The notes beneath the pieces are model-generated. The model was given only the letters and a program-made list of their open reading frames with translations, was not told the origin of the DNA and ran no database searches. This document shows, one piece after another, positions 28,236 through 36,840 of a stretch of 64,000 nucleotides of DNA. Each line of letters opens with the position of its first letter. Positions within the stretch are counted from its first letter, which is position 1. Origin of the DNA: an uncultured Gammaproteobacteria bacterium. Lineage in GTDB: Bacteria; Pseudomonadota; Gammaproteobacteria; UBA9214. The translations under genes and the position numbers were made by a program. The stretch spans positions 448,001 through 512,000 of the forward strand of contig CAVVHS010000008.1 in NCBI GenBank assembly GCA_963748215.1, in the 5' to 3' direction.

Positions 28236-30254
28236 ATGGACGCGCTGCTGCAAACCGTGCTCGACTGGATCGCCCTGCATCCGCACGCCTTCAACGCGGT
28301 CGTCTTCACCGTCGCGCTGATGGAGTCACTGGTGGTGCTGGGACTCTTGATACCGGGCGCGGCGCTGCTGTTCGGCGCCGGCGCCCTGGTCGCCACCGGT
28401 GCCCTGCCGCTGTATCCCATCCTGCTCTGGACCACGCTCGGTGCCGCACTTGGCGACATCATCAGCTTCCTGCTCGGCCGGCACTACCACCAGCGCCTGC
28501 GCGTGGTGTGGCCGTTCCGACGCTATCCGGTACTGGTCAACCGCGGCGTCGATTTTTTCGTGGGTCACGGCGGCAAGGGTATCTTCATGGCACGGTTCAT
28601 CGGACCGTTGCGCCCGATCGTCCCGGCCATCGCGGGCATGATGAGCATGTCCACCGCGCGCTTTCTGGCCATCGACAGTCTCGCCTGCGTGCTGTGGGCG
28701 CCGGTCTACATCCTGCCGGGTATCGTGTTCGGTGCCTCGCTGGGGCTTGCCGCCGAGGTCGCCGGACGGCTGGTGGTGCTGCTGGTCGTCATCGCCGGAC
28801 TGGCCTGGGGCGGCGTCTGGCTGATCGGCAGCCTGATCCGGCTGCTGCAACCGCGTGTCGGCGGCCTGCTGGAACGGGCGCTGCTGTGGAGCCGCGACCA
28901 TCCGCGCATCCGCCCGCTGGCCGGCTCGCTGCTGGACCCCGATCACCCGGAGGCGCGCGGCCTGGCCATCCTGTCGGTCCTGTTCTTCATCGCGCTCTGG
29001 CTGCTGCTGCTGATCTCCCGGCAGGTCATGCACGGTCACTCGCTCGAGGGGATCGATGCCTACGTGTTCCAGAACCTGAGCAACCTGCGTACGCCCTGGG
29101 CGGACACCATCATGGTGTTCTTTACCCGGCTCGGTGACAGCCTGGTACTGGCACTGGTCATCGCGGGCAGCTGCGTGTGGCTGTTCTGGAAGGGTTACGG
29201 CAAGGCCGCATTGCACTGGCTCGCGGTGTATGCCAGCACCGGCCTGCTGACCTGGATCCTCAAAGTCACCACTCACATCGCACGCCCGATAGCCTACAAC
29301 GGCAGCTATTCCTTTCCCAGCAGCCATACCAGCATGAGTGTCGCGGTGTACGGTTTTCTGGCCCTGCTGGTCGCGCGCGAGCTGCCGCACACTCGGCGCT
29401 GGCTGCCCTACTTCTGCGCCGGCGCCCTGATCGCCCCGATCAGCCTGTCCCGACTATACCTTGGCGCACACTGGCTCTCCGATGTACTGGCCGGACTCAG
29501 CCTGGGGATCTTCTGGGTGGCGCTGATCGGCATCGCCTATGACCGGCATCCGGCCCCGGCGCTGCAGACCCGCTCCCTGCTGGCCATCAGCACGATCCTG
29601 CTGGTTGCGGTTGGCAGCTGGCAGGTACGGCAGCACGGCTACGAAGATGTACTTGCTCATTACTCTCCTAATGACACTCTGCAGCGGGTTACCGCCACCA
29701 CCTGGCGTACCGCCGGGTGGGAAGCCGTTCCCGCATTTCGTATTGATCTCGAGGGCCGCAACGAGCAGCCTCTCAATTTTCAGTGGGCCGGCTCGCTGCA
29801 ATCCCTGCAGCGGGTACTCATGCGGGCCGGCTGGCACACGGCCCCGGCACTGAGTCCGCTGACGGCGATGAACTGGCTCGCCCCCGCCCCCGCCATCGAG
29901 GATCTGCCGGTGTTGCCCGAGGTGAACGATGGCAAGCACCAGCAGTTCATGCTGGTTGGCCCGGCCGACGCCGACAACCGCCAGCGGGTGATTGTGCGGC
30001 TGTGGCCGTCCGGCGTTCAGCTGCTGGGCAGCGGGCAGCCCGTATGGGTCGGCACGGCTGCCACGCTCTATCTCGAAGACAGCCTGCCGCTGATCACCTA
30101 CCTGCGTTCGTCGCCGGATTACAGCACGCCGCTTCAGGTCCTTGCGTCCGCGCTGCGCGCGAGTACATCGCTGCGGGTGGAAATGCGCACCCGACAGCAG
30201 GTCGCGCAGGACATCCAGTGGCACGGCGAGGTGCTACTGGCCTGGGAGCCCTGA
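28236..30254 (+). CDS. Bifunctional DedA/PAP2 phosphatase membrane protein with LssY-like C-terminus
   Basis: ESLVVLGLLIPG and ARFIGPLR (DedA); K..RP, SFPSSH, SRLYLGAHWLSDV (PAP2); PLNFQWAG..LMRAGW. Confidence 0.88.
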   Translation: MDALLQTVLDWIALHPHAFNAVVFTVALMESLVVLGLLIPGAALLFGAGALVATGALPLYPILLWTTLGAALGDIISFLLGRHYHQRLRVVWPFRRYPVLVNRGVDFFVGHGGKGIFMARFIGPLRPIVPAIAGMMSMSTARFLAIDSLACVLWAPVYILPGIVFGASLGLAAEVAGRLVVLLVVIAGLAWGGVWLIGSLIRLLQPRVGGLLERALLWSRDHPRIRPLAGSLLDPDHPEARGLAILSVLFFIALWLLLLISRQVMHGHSLEGIDAYVFQNLSNLRTPWADTIMVFFTRLGDSLVLALVIAGSCVWLFWKGYGKAALHWLAVYASTGLLTWILKVTTHIARPIAYNGSYSFPSSHTSMSVAVYGFLALLVARELPHTRRWLPYFCAGALIAPISLSRLYLGAHWLSDVLAGLSLGIFWVALIGIAYDRHPAPALQTRSLLAISTILLVAVGSWQVRQHGYEDVLAHYSPNDTLQRVTATTWRTAGWEAVPAFRIDLEGRNEQPLNFQWAGSLQSLQRVLMRAGWHTAPALSPLTAMNWLAPAPAIEDLPVLPEVNDGKHQQFMLVGPADADNRQRVIVRLWPSGVQLLGSGQPVWVGTAATLYLEDSLPLITYLRSSPDYSTPLQVLASALRASTSLRVEMRTRQQVAQDIQWHGEVLLAWEP

Positions 30255-30261
30255 CCCGTCT

Positions 30262-30666
30262 TCAACCAGTACCCGCGCAGGCGCTCGCATCCTGCCTCGA
30301 CTGGATCGCCCGCTGCATGTGCTCGAGCAGCAACTTGCTGCTGAACGGTTTGGTCAGGTAACTGAACACACCGCGGCTGGCCGCATCGAAGGCATCCGGT
30401 ATCGTGCCGTGCGCGGTCAGTATCAGCACCGGCAGATCGGGATCGCGTGCATGCAGCCGGTCGAACAGCGTCATGCCGTCCATGCCGCCCATGCGCAGGT
30501 CGGTGATGACGAGATCAGGCTGATACAGTGGAAAGTCCGCCAGCGCCTGCTCGCCGCTATCCACGGCCAGCACGCCGTATCCCGCAGCAGACAGGCGCAT
30601 GGACAGCAGCCGCAGCAGGCTGCGATCATCATCCACCAGCAGCACGCGCGGCCGCGCGACACTCAT
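30262..30666 (-). CDS. Single-domain response regulator, paralog of the GlrR receiver domain
   Basis: VLLVDDD, ITDLRM, LTAHG and TKPF intact; manual alignment to the N-terminus of 32965..34332 shows ~27 differences over ~115 aa. Confidence 0.9.
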   Translation of the reverse strand: MSVARPRVLLVDDDRSLLRLLSMRLSAAGYGVLAVDSGEQALADFPLYQPDLVITDLRMGGMDGMTLFDRLHARDPDLPVLILTAHGTIPDAFDAASRGVFSYLTKPFSSKLLLEHMQRAIQSRQDASACAGTG

Positions 30667-30705
30667 AGCAGCGTCCTCTTGGCGGCGTGTCCTCGCAGAC
30701 TATAA

Positions 30706-32469
30706 CTAGGGAACATTCTTGACCACCTCTGGCGAGTAAGCGCTCTCCAGTCCGGTGCTATCGTAGGTTGTCATGACCAGATAATAGGTTCCGGAAGCCA
30801 GGCTGGTCACGGTCGCGTTGCGCGCCGTGCCATCGGTAATGTCGCTGCTGTTCGGGTAGCTGCCGCGCTTGTTGCCGTAGTAGATCCGGTAGCCGCCGAT
30901 CGCGGACAGTGACAGGGCGGTGCCGTCACTGCGTGCGACCGGTGCCGTCCAGCTGACGCTGAAACTGCCTGTCGTGGCGGAGCCTGTGGAATCGGTCGAG
31001 GCTGTGGATCCGGTCGAGGCTGTGGAGCCGGTTGAGACTGTGGAGCCGGTCGAGCCTGTGGAACCGGTCGAGACTGTGGATCCGGTCGAGCTTGTGGAGC
31101 CGGTCGAGCCTGTGGAGCCGGTCGAGACTGTGGATCCGGTCGAGCTTGTGGAGCCGGTCGAGCCTGTGGAGCCGGTGGAGCCGGTCGAGCCGGTGGACCC
31201 CGTGGAACCGGTAGTGCCCGTGGTCCCGGACGACGCCGTCGTGGCACCAGTATCTGCCTGGGCGAAGACGGCCTGGTTGATTTGCGTGATGTCGGCGCGC
31301 GCAGCACTGGCAACCATGCCGGTGGCACTGTACAGCGCGCTGGTGGTACTGACCGGCAGCACCCTGGCCACGCTGCTTGCGGTGCTGTTTGCACTCAGCC
31401 CGGCGACCTGCTGTACGATCGTTCTGATCGCAGTGCGGCTGTCCAGTACTTGTACGGCTTTCAGCGCAACGCCGGCCTGCCTGATCATCTGGTTGTTGAT
31501 ACGCACGTTGCCGCTCAGCTGCGCGTTGCTGACACCGGATTGCGTGCTCTTGATCGACTGGTCGATCACATTCGATGCAATCGTCCCCTCGACTCGCAGG
31601 CTGTTGCTCATGGCCTCGACCAGTACCTGGGCCGATACCACGTTTGCCACTGCCGATATCGTCGCATCGGTACCGCTGGCACCCAGGCCGTCGACGAAGC
31701 CGTCAACCAGATCGGCTGCCAGTGCGGAGACCACACCGCTGCCGCTGGCAGGCTTGCCGGTCGCCGCGATGTGGTCACGGGTGCGACGCACCATTTCACC
31801 CAACGCCTCGCTGGCCTTGACGATGTGCGCGACATTGCCGGTGGTGACCCGGGTCGTGACCGGATCCGGTACCGCGCTCGTATCCAGACCGAAGCCCAGC
31901 TGGTCAAGCACGATATTGCGCGCCCGGTTCACGTTTGCACCGGTCAGACCACCCGACATGCGCTCGGCAGTATTGACAATCAGCGTGCTGAACGGGTTGA
32001 TGTTCACGGTCCTGTCGGTCGCGCGCTGCATCACCGAGACCATCTTGAAATCCGGTGCATGCCCGGTCACGAGGTCGATACCGCCGCTGGCCACCAGTCG
32101 CAGCGGGTACCGGCGACCGTCCACCTGAAGCGTCTTGCGATAACTCGCCGCGCTGTCGCTGATCACGGTACCCAGCACCGCACCGCGCTTGTCGTACACC
32201 GTCACCGTCGCGCCCGTGACCGGACCGTCGCCGACACTGCCGCTGATGGTCACACTCGGCGTCGAGCTGGTGCTGCTGGTACTGCCGCCGCTGCTGATGT
32301 TGGTGATACTGCTGGTGGTATTGCTGGTGGCACTGCTTGCAGCCACGCCATCGGGCACCACACCGTCTCCACCACAGCCGCCAAGCGCGGTAATCAGTAT
32401 CAGTACCGGCAACCAGCGGTGTATGCGAGTAAAAGCACGGAGCACGATTTTCGATTGGCTGGTGGGCAT
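30706..32469 (-). CDS. Lipoprotein with Ser/Thr/Gly-rich stalk and C-terminal fibronectin type III-like domain
   Basis: Lipobox LGGC; SGSVGDGPVTGATV domain; (TGS)n tract; SWTAPVARSDG..GYRIYYG..TYDSTGLES. Confidence 0.8.
   Translation of the reverse strand: MPTSQSKIVLRAFTRIHRWLPVLILITALGGCGGDGVVPDGVAASSATSNTTSSITNISSGGSTSSTSSTPSVTISGSVGDGPVTGATVTVYDKRGAVLGTVISDSAASYRKTLQVDGRRYPLRLVASGGIDLVTGHAPDFKMVSVMQRATDRTVNINPFSTLIVNTAERMSGGLTGANVNRARNIVLDQLGFGLDTSAVPDPVTTRVTTGNVAHIVKASEALGEMVRRTRDHIAATGKPASGSGVVSALAADLVDGFVDGLGASGTDATISAVANVVSAQVLVEAMSNSLRVEGTIASNVIDQSIKSTQSGVSNAQLSGNVRINNQMIRQAGVALKAVQVLDSRTAIRTIVQQVAGLSANSTASSVARVLPVSTTSALYSATGMVASAARADITQINQAVFAQADTGATTASSGTTGTTGSTGSTGSTGSTGSTGSTGSTSSTGSTVSTGSTGSTGSTSSTGSTVSTGSTGSTGSTVSTGSTASTGSTASTDSTGSATTGSFSVSWTAPVARSDGTALSLSAIGGYRIYYGNKRGSYPNSSDITDGTARNATVTSLASGTYYLVMTTYDSTGLESAYSPEVVKNVP
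30965..31230 (-). repeat. Intragenic 9-bp tandem repeat encoding (TGS/TSS/TVS)n
   Basis: GAGCCGGTC/GAGCCTGTG-type units in the 3' part of the lipoprotein gene. Confidence 0.85.
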
Positions 32470-32520
32470 GCAGTTGTCCTGGCCAGTGGCCGTCGCGAAA
32501 GGGGAATTCCGAGGCTTGTT

Positions 32521-32535
32521 GCAAGGACAATGCCA
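32521..32535 (-). promoter_or_regulatory. Sigma54 (-24/-12) promoter
   Basis: Minus strand reads TGGCATTGTCCTTGC (GG-N10-GC), ~50 bp upstream of the ATG at 32469, which has an AGGA RBS. Confidence 0.8.
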
Positions 32536-32820
32536 ACCCGGTGCCGGTAGTACCGGGCAGACGCCAGGGTTGCCTGTAACATTATTATTCTTTTTCTAAT
32601 ACAGCCAGTTAACTTATGCGCATCCCAGGGGCAGCGTGCCGGAGCATGCCGGCCAGCACCCGCCGGGCGCTGTGGCGGGTTTCCTGCACGCATTCCGATG
32701 CCGACCCCTGACGTTGGCATATTCATACAGTATTTCAAACAGTTGCGCTGCCCATGCCCGGCAGCCGCAGGAAGCTTGACGCACGGCGCAAGACCGCCGC
32801 AATCACGCACATGAAGCGCC

Positions 32821-32840
32821 CTGTCTCCATACGGAGACAG
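32821..32840. promoter_or_regulatory. GlrR-type enhancer site TGTC-N10-GACA
   Basis: Palindrome CTGTCTCC-ATAC-GGAGACAG matches the E. coli GlrR consensus exactly. Confidence 0.75.
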
Positions 32841-32855
32841 GTGTAATTGCTTCTA

Positions 32856-32868
32856 TATCAATCTGTTG
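32856..32868 (+). promoter_or_regulatory. IHF binding site
   Basis: TATCAATCTGTTG is an exact WATCAANNNNTTR match; a 1-mismatch site lies at 32733-32745. Confidence 0.6.
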
Positions 32869-32887
32869 TATGTATACGAGTATTCCG

Positions 32888-32905
32888 CGTCCGCAAACAG
32901 CGACA
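32888..32905. promoter_or_regulatory. Second GlrR-type site (CGTC-N10-GACA)
   Basis: CGTCCGCAAACAGCGACA, one mismatch from the consensus. Confidence 0.6.
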
Positions 32906-32964
32906 TCGTCCCCGTGCGCAGCGGAAGCGGCGTGCAGCGGATGCGATCGAGAGGAAGGCCGGGC

Positions 32965-34332
32965 TCAGGTACTGACCGACTTGAACTGCGGCGGGCTGAG
33001 CTGATGCTTGTGCAGTAGCTTGTAGAACTCGGTACGGTTGCGCTTGGCGATGCGCGCGGCATGCGCCACGTTGCCGTTGGTGATCTGCAACAACTGGGTC
33101 AGGTAGTCGCGCTCGAACTGATTACGCGCATCGGCGAACGAAGGAATATCGCCAGTCTCGTTGCGAAGGGCCCGCTGTACCAGGCTGGCGGGTATCAGCG
33201 GCGTCGTGGACAGGGCCACCGACTGCTCGACCACGTTGTAGAGCTGCCGGACATTGCCCGGCCAGGCGGCATACAGCATCGCCTCCTGCGCCTCGGGTGA
33301 AAAGCCGGTGATGCCCCGCTTGGTTGCATCCGGAAACTCCCGAAGGAAATGATTGGCCAGCAGGATGATGTCCTCGCGGCGTTCGGCCAGCGAGGGCAGC
33401 TCCAGGTTGACGACGTTCAGGCGGTAATACAGATCCTCGCGGAAGGTACTGTCTTCAACGGCCTGCAGCAGGTCCTGATGGGTCGCGGAAATGATACGAA
33501 CATCCACGTTGATCGAACTGGTCGAACCAACCGGCCGGATCACGCGTTCCTGCAGCGTGCGTAGCAGCTTGACCTGGAAGCCCAGCGGCATGTCACCGAT
33601 CTCGTCCAGGAACAGAGTGCCGCCCTCGGCGGCGCGGAACAGTCCCGGGTGGTCGCGGCTGGCACCGGTGAAGGCGCCCTTGACGTGACCGAACAGTTCG
33701 GACTCGAACAGCGACTCGGGGATGGCGCTGCAGTTCAGCGCAATGAACGGGCGATCCGCGCGCGGGCTGGCATTGTGGATAGCGCGCGCCAGCAGCTCCT
33801 TGCCGGTCCCGCTCTGGCCCTGGATGAGGACACTGGCGTCGCTGTCCGCGATCAGGCGCGCCTGCGTCAGCAGGTTCTCCATCAGCGGGCTGCGGGTGAC
33901 GATCTTGCTGCGCCATTCCCCGGAGTCAGCCTCCGGCTGCGCGCCAGACCCATCGCCGGTAATCTTCAGGGCGCGCGCAACATGCTCAAGCAGCACCTTG
34001 CTGTTGAAGGGCTTGGTCAGGTAGCTGAAGACGCCGCGGCTGGTCGCCTCGACGGCCTCCGGGATGGTGCCATGCGCCGTCAGGATCAGCACCGGCAGGC
34101 CCGGATTACGGCCGTGCACCTGGCTGAACAGCGTCATGCCGTCCATACCACCCATCTGCAGGTCGGTGATGATCAGGTGCGGACGGAACAGCGGTAGTTG
34201 CGCCAGCGCCTGTTCGCCGCTCTCGACCGCATTGACCTCATAACCGGCGGCAGACAGTCGCATGGACAGCAGTCGCAACAGGCTGTGGTCATCGTCTACC
34301 AGCAGGATTCGGTATTTTTCACTGTTGCTCAT
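32965..34332 (-). CDS. glrR: Sigma54-dependent response regulator GlrR/QseF
   Basis: REC domain + GQSGTGKELLA, GAFTGA, FLDEIGDMP, WPGNVRQL; GlrR-type C-terminus ARNQFERDYL..GNVAHAARIAKRNRTEFYKLL. Confidence 0.9.
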   Translation of the reverse strand: MSNSEKYRILLVDDDHSLLRLLSMRLSAAGYEVNAVESGEQALAQLPLFRPHLIITDLQMGGMDGMTLFSQVHGRNPGLPVLILTAHGTIPEAVEATSRGVFSYLTKPFNSKVLLEHVARALKITGDGSGAQPEADSGEWRSKIVTRSPLMENLLTQARLIADSDASVLIQGQSGTGKELLARAIHNASPRADRPFIALNCSAIPESLFESELFGHVKGAFTGASRDHPGLFRAAEGGTLFLDEIGDMPLGFQVKLLRTLQERVIRPVGSTSSINVDVRIISATHQDLLQAVEDSTFREDLYYRLNVVNLELPSLAERREDIILLANHFLREFPDATKRGITGFSPEAQEAMLYAAWPGNVRQLYNVVEQSVALSTTPLIPASLVQRALRNETGDIPSFADARNQFERDYLTQLLQITNGNVAHAARIAKRNRTEFYKLLHKHQLSPPQFKSVST

Positions 34333-34861
34333 TATCGATTACCACGGGGGTTTCCCGACTCTGGATGTTCTGTTCAATCGTGGTCAGAGCCTGCAACTGC
34401 TGCTCGAGTTCCTCGATACGCCGATTTTGTTCAGTCACCTGTTTCCACAGAATGCTGAGTTTGCGATTTGACTGTCCCTGCTCATCGAGCATCTGCTGCA
34501 GAATCACGATCAGTTCGCGGTCCGCATCCGCCTTCGGCAGGGGATCGACATCGTCCAGCAGGCGGCGCGCACGCCGGATATCGCGCACCTGCTCGCTGCC
34601 CAGCGTCAACAGCAGCACCAGTCGCATGCGGTTGTTGATGTCGGGATTACCTGCAAAGGCCTTCTCCCAGTCATCCAGCGCCTGCTGCTGTTTGTCCGGC
34701 GACCTGTCACGTACATCGTGCAGGTAATCCAGCCAGATATTGGCTCCCGAGCGGCCGTCGACGACGGGTGCCAGCACGGTCGTGCGGTACTGCTGCATCT
34801 CCGCGCACGCGGCCAGTCCTGCCAGCAGCACCAGCGTCGTAAATATCCTTCTCAGCGTCAT
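34319..34861 (-). CDS. QseG/YfhG-like lipoprotein
   Basis: Lipobox LAAC; C-terminal coiled coil LEQQLQALTTIEQNIQSR; lies between glrK and glrR. Confidence 0.7.
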   Translation of the reverse strand: MTLRRIFTTLVLLAGLAACAEMQQYRTTVLAPVVDGRSGANIWLDYLHDVRDRSPDKQQQALDDWEKAFAGNPDINNRMRLVLLLTLGSEQVRDIRRARRLLDDVDPLPKADADRELIVILQQMLDEQGQSNRKLSILWKQVTEQNRRIEELEQQLQALTTIEQNIQSRETPVVIDNEQQ

Positions 34862-36294
34862 GCAGCATGCTCCAGTGGCAGTACGACGCGGAGGCTCGCG
34901 CCCTTGTTGTCCGATTTTAGCACGGTGATATTGCCGCCGTGCGCCTGGGCATATTCCCGCGCGATCGACAGGCCCAGGCCGGTGCCGCGCACCGACCCCT
35001 TGTTGGCCGGTGCACCCTGGTAAAAGGCATCGAATACCCGTTCCTGCTCGTCATCGGGAATGCCCGGTCCCGCGTCGGTTACCTTGATAATGGCATATTT
35101 ACGATCGGCCACCAGTGAAACGGTCAATTGGCTGCCATCCGGCGAATACTTGATGGCGTTGGAAATCAGGTTGTCCATCATGACACGCAGCTTTTCCCGG
35201 TCTCCCATGAGCTTGACGGCATGCAGCCGGGCATTCGGCACCAGCTGGCGCGACATCATCGCAATCTTGTGGTCCGCGAGCACCTCCTCGATGACCGCGC
35301 CCAGCTCCACCGGCTTGCGCACCAGCCCCGCCGAGCGCGAGCGCATGATGCTGAAATTGAGCAGGTCCTCAATCAGCTTCTGCAGCTGCAGGCTGTTTTC
35401 GTGCAGGATATCGACGATCTCGTGCTGTTGGCTGTTGAGTTTTCCGGCCACCTGTTCCCGCATCAGCTCAGATCCTTCCCGAATCGCGGTGAGCGGCGTC
35501 TTCAGTTCGTGGGATATATGCTGCAGGAATTTCTTCTTGTCCTGCTCGACCTCGAGCAGACGACTGCGCAACCAGTCGAGCCGCTCGCCGAGCTGCTGCA
35601 GGTCGCGCGGCCCGGTGATATCGGCTGATTCCGCAAACTCACCGTCGCCCAGACGGCGAATGGCGTGGTCGATCTGCCGGATGGGACGGGAAATCAGGAA
35701 GGCAAAGATGCTGGTCAGTATGAGCACTGCGGGCACCAGGGCCACTGCCTGGATCACCAGTGTGCGCTTCACCTTCTCCGACTCGATCTGCATCTGCTCC
35801 ACGCCACGGGTGATCAGGCCCTGGCTCTCGAGCAGGATCGTCTGGGCCATGCTGCTCAATTCGATGAAAGCCGGCAGGACATCGCTCGTCTCGGGCGCAT
35901 CGTGCGGATAGGTCTGCAATATGGTGTGCAGTTCGTCCTCGGCGATGCGCAATGCCTCGAGCACGTCGCGCTGCCCTGACAACAGTTCGAGCGACTCAAG
36001 GCCCCGCGCCGTGTCGGCAAAGCGGGTATGGTTTTCCTTGTACACCTCGAACAGCACCTCATCGCCGAGTACCTGGTACTGGCGGGCATTGCGCTCCATG
36101 GCCTTGATGGCCTCGACCAGTGCCTGGCTGCCCTGAGTAGCGAATACGCTCTGCAACAGGGCCTGCTGACCATGGGTAACCAGGCGATCGACCGAGACGG
36201 TTGTCACCACCAGCGCGACGATCAACGGCAGTGCAACCAGCGAGAAGCCGGTGAGGATGAGGCGCAGGATGGACTTTGGGCGGAAGAAACTCAC
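34858..36294 (-). CDS. glrK: Sensor histidine kinase GlrK/QseE
   Basis: RPKSILRLILTGF..LPL, MERNARQYQVL, GPRDLQQLGERLDWLR, ISHELKTPL, GTGLGLSI; likely GTG start at 36294. Confidence 0.88.
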   Translation of the reverse strand: MSFFRPKSILRLILTGFSLVALPLIVALVVTTVSVDRLVTHGQQALLQSVFATQGSQALVEAIKAMERNARQYQVLGDEVLFEVYKENHTRFADTARGLESLELLSGQRDVLEALRIAEDELHTILQTYPHDAPETSDVLPAFIELSSMAQTILLESQGLITRGVEQMQIESEKVKRTLVIQAVALVPAVLILTSIFAFLISRPIRQIDHAIRRLGDGEFAESADITGPRDLQQLGERLDWLRSRLLEVEQDKKKFLQHISHELKTPLTAIREGSELMREQVAGKLNSQQHEIVDILHENSLQLQKLIEDLLNFSIMRSRSAGLVRKPVELGAVIEEVLADHKIAMMSRQLVPNARLHAVKLMGDREKLRVMMDNLISNAIKYSPDGSQLTVSLVADRKYAIIKVTDAGPGIPDDEQERVFDAFYQGAPANKGSVRGTGLGLSIAREYAQAHGGNITVLKSDNKGASLRVVLPLEHAA

Positions 36295-36840
36295 TGGACT
36301 GGCAGTCGGGACTCTGCTGTAAACCGGATCGAATGGTAAACGCCGACGTCCTGTTTGGAATTCCGTGACCGCGGCGACCGGCGCCAAGTCTAGCAGAACA
36401 ATCCATTCCACATCATCCAGAGTAAGATGTATCTGATATATCTCTTTTTATACAATAAGATATACGCTTCACGGCACAGCCTTTTTTATTCACCACGCCC
36501 ACTGTATTTGCCATAACACCAGCCGGCAACATTTTTCCGGAATCCGCCAGTCAGGGTATATGGTATCTGCCACGGTCGCCGGTGTTGTTGATGCTGGCGC
36601 CTGCCATGTCCCGAGCACCGGGGTCGGGATCCGACTCTCAGCACAACCAGGGTCGCCGGCCTCATCTCCTTGCGGTCACGCATATGCGCGGGCCAGCATG
36701 GACGCTTCCAGCGGATTCAACATTCAGTGTCTGCACAGTGCCGGCAATTCCGGTTCATCCGACATCCTATTGCTGGCAGGCGGGCCCGTCCGGCACATCT
36801 CAGTCGACAACCCTGCATAAAGAATTACCGGCTCGTTGTG

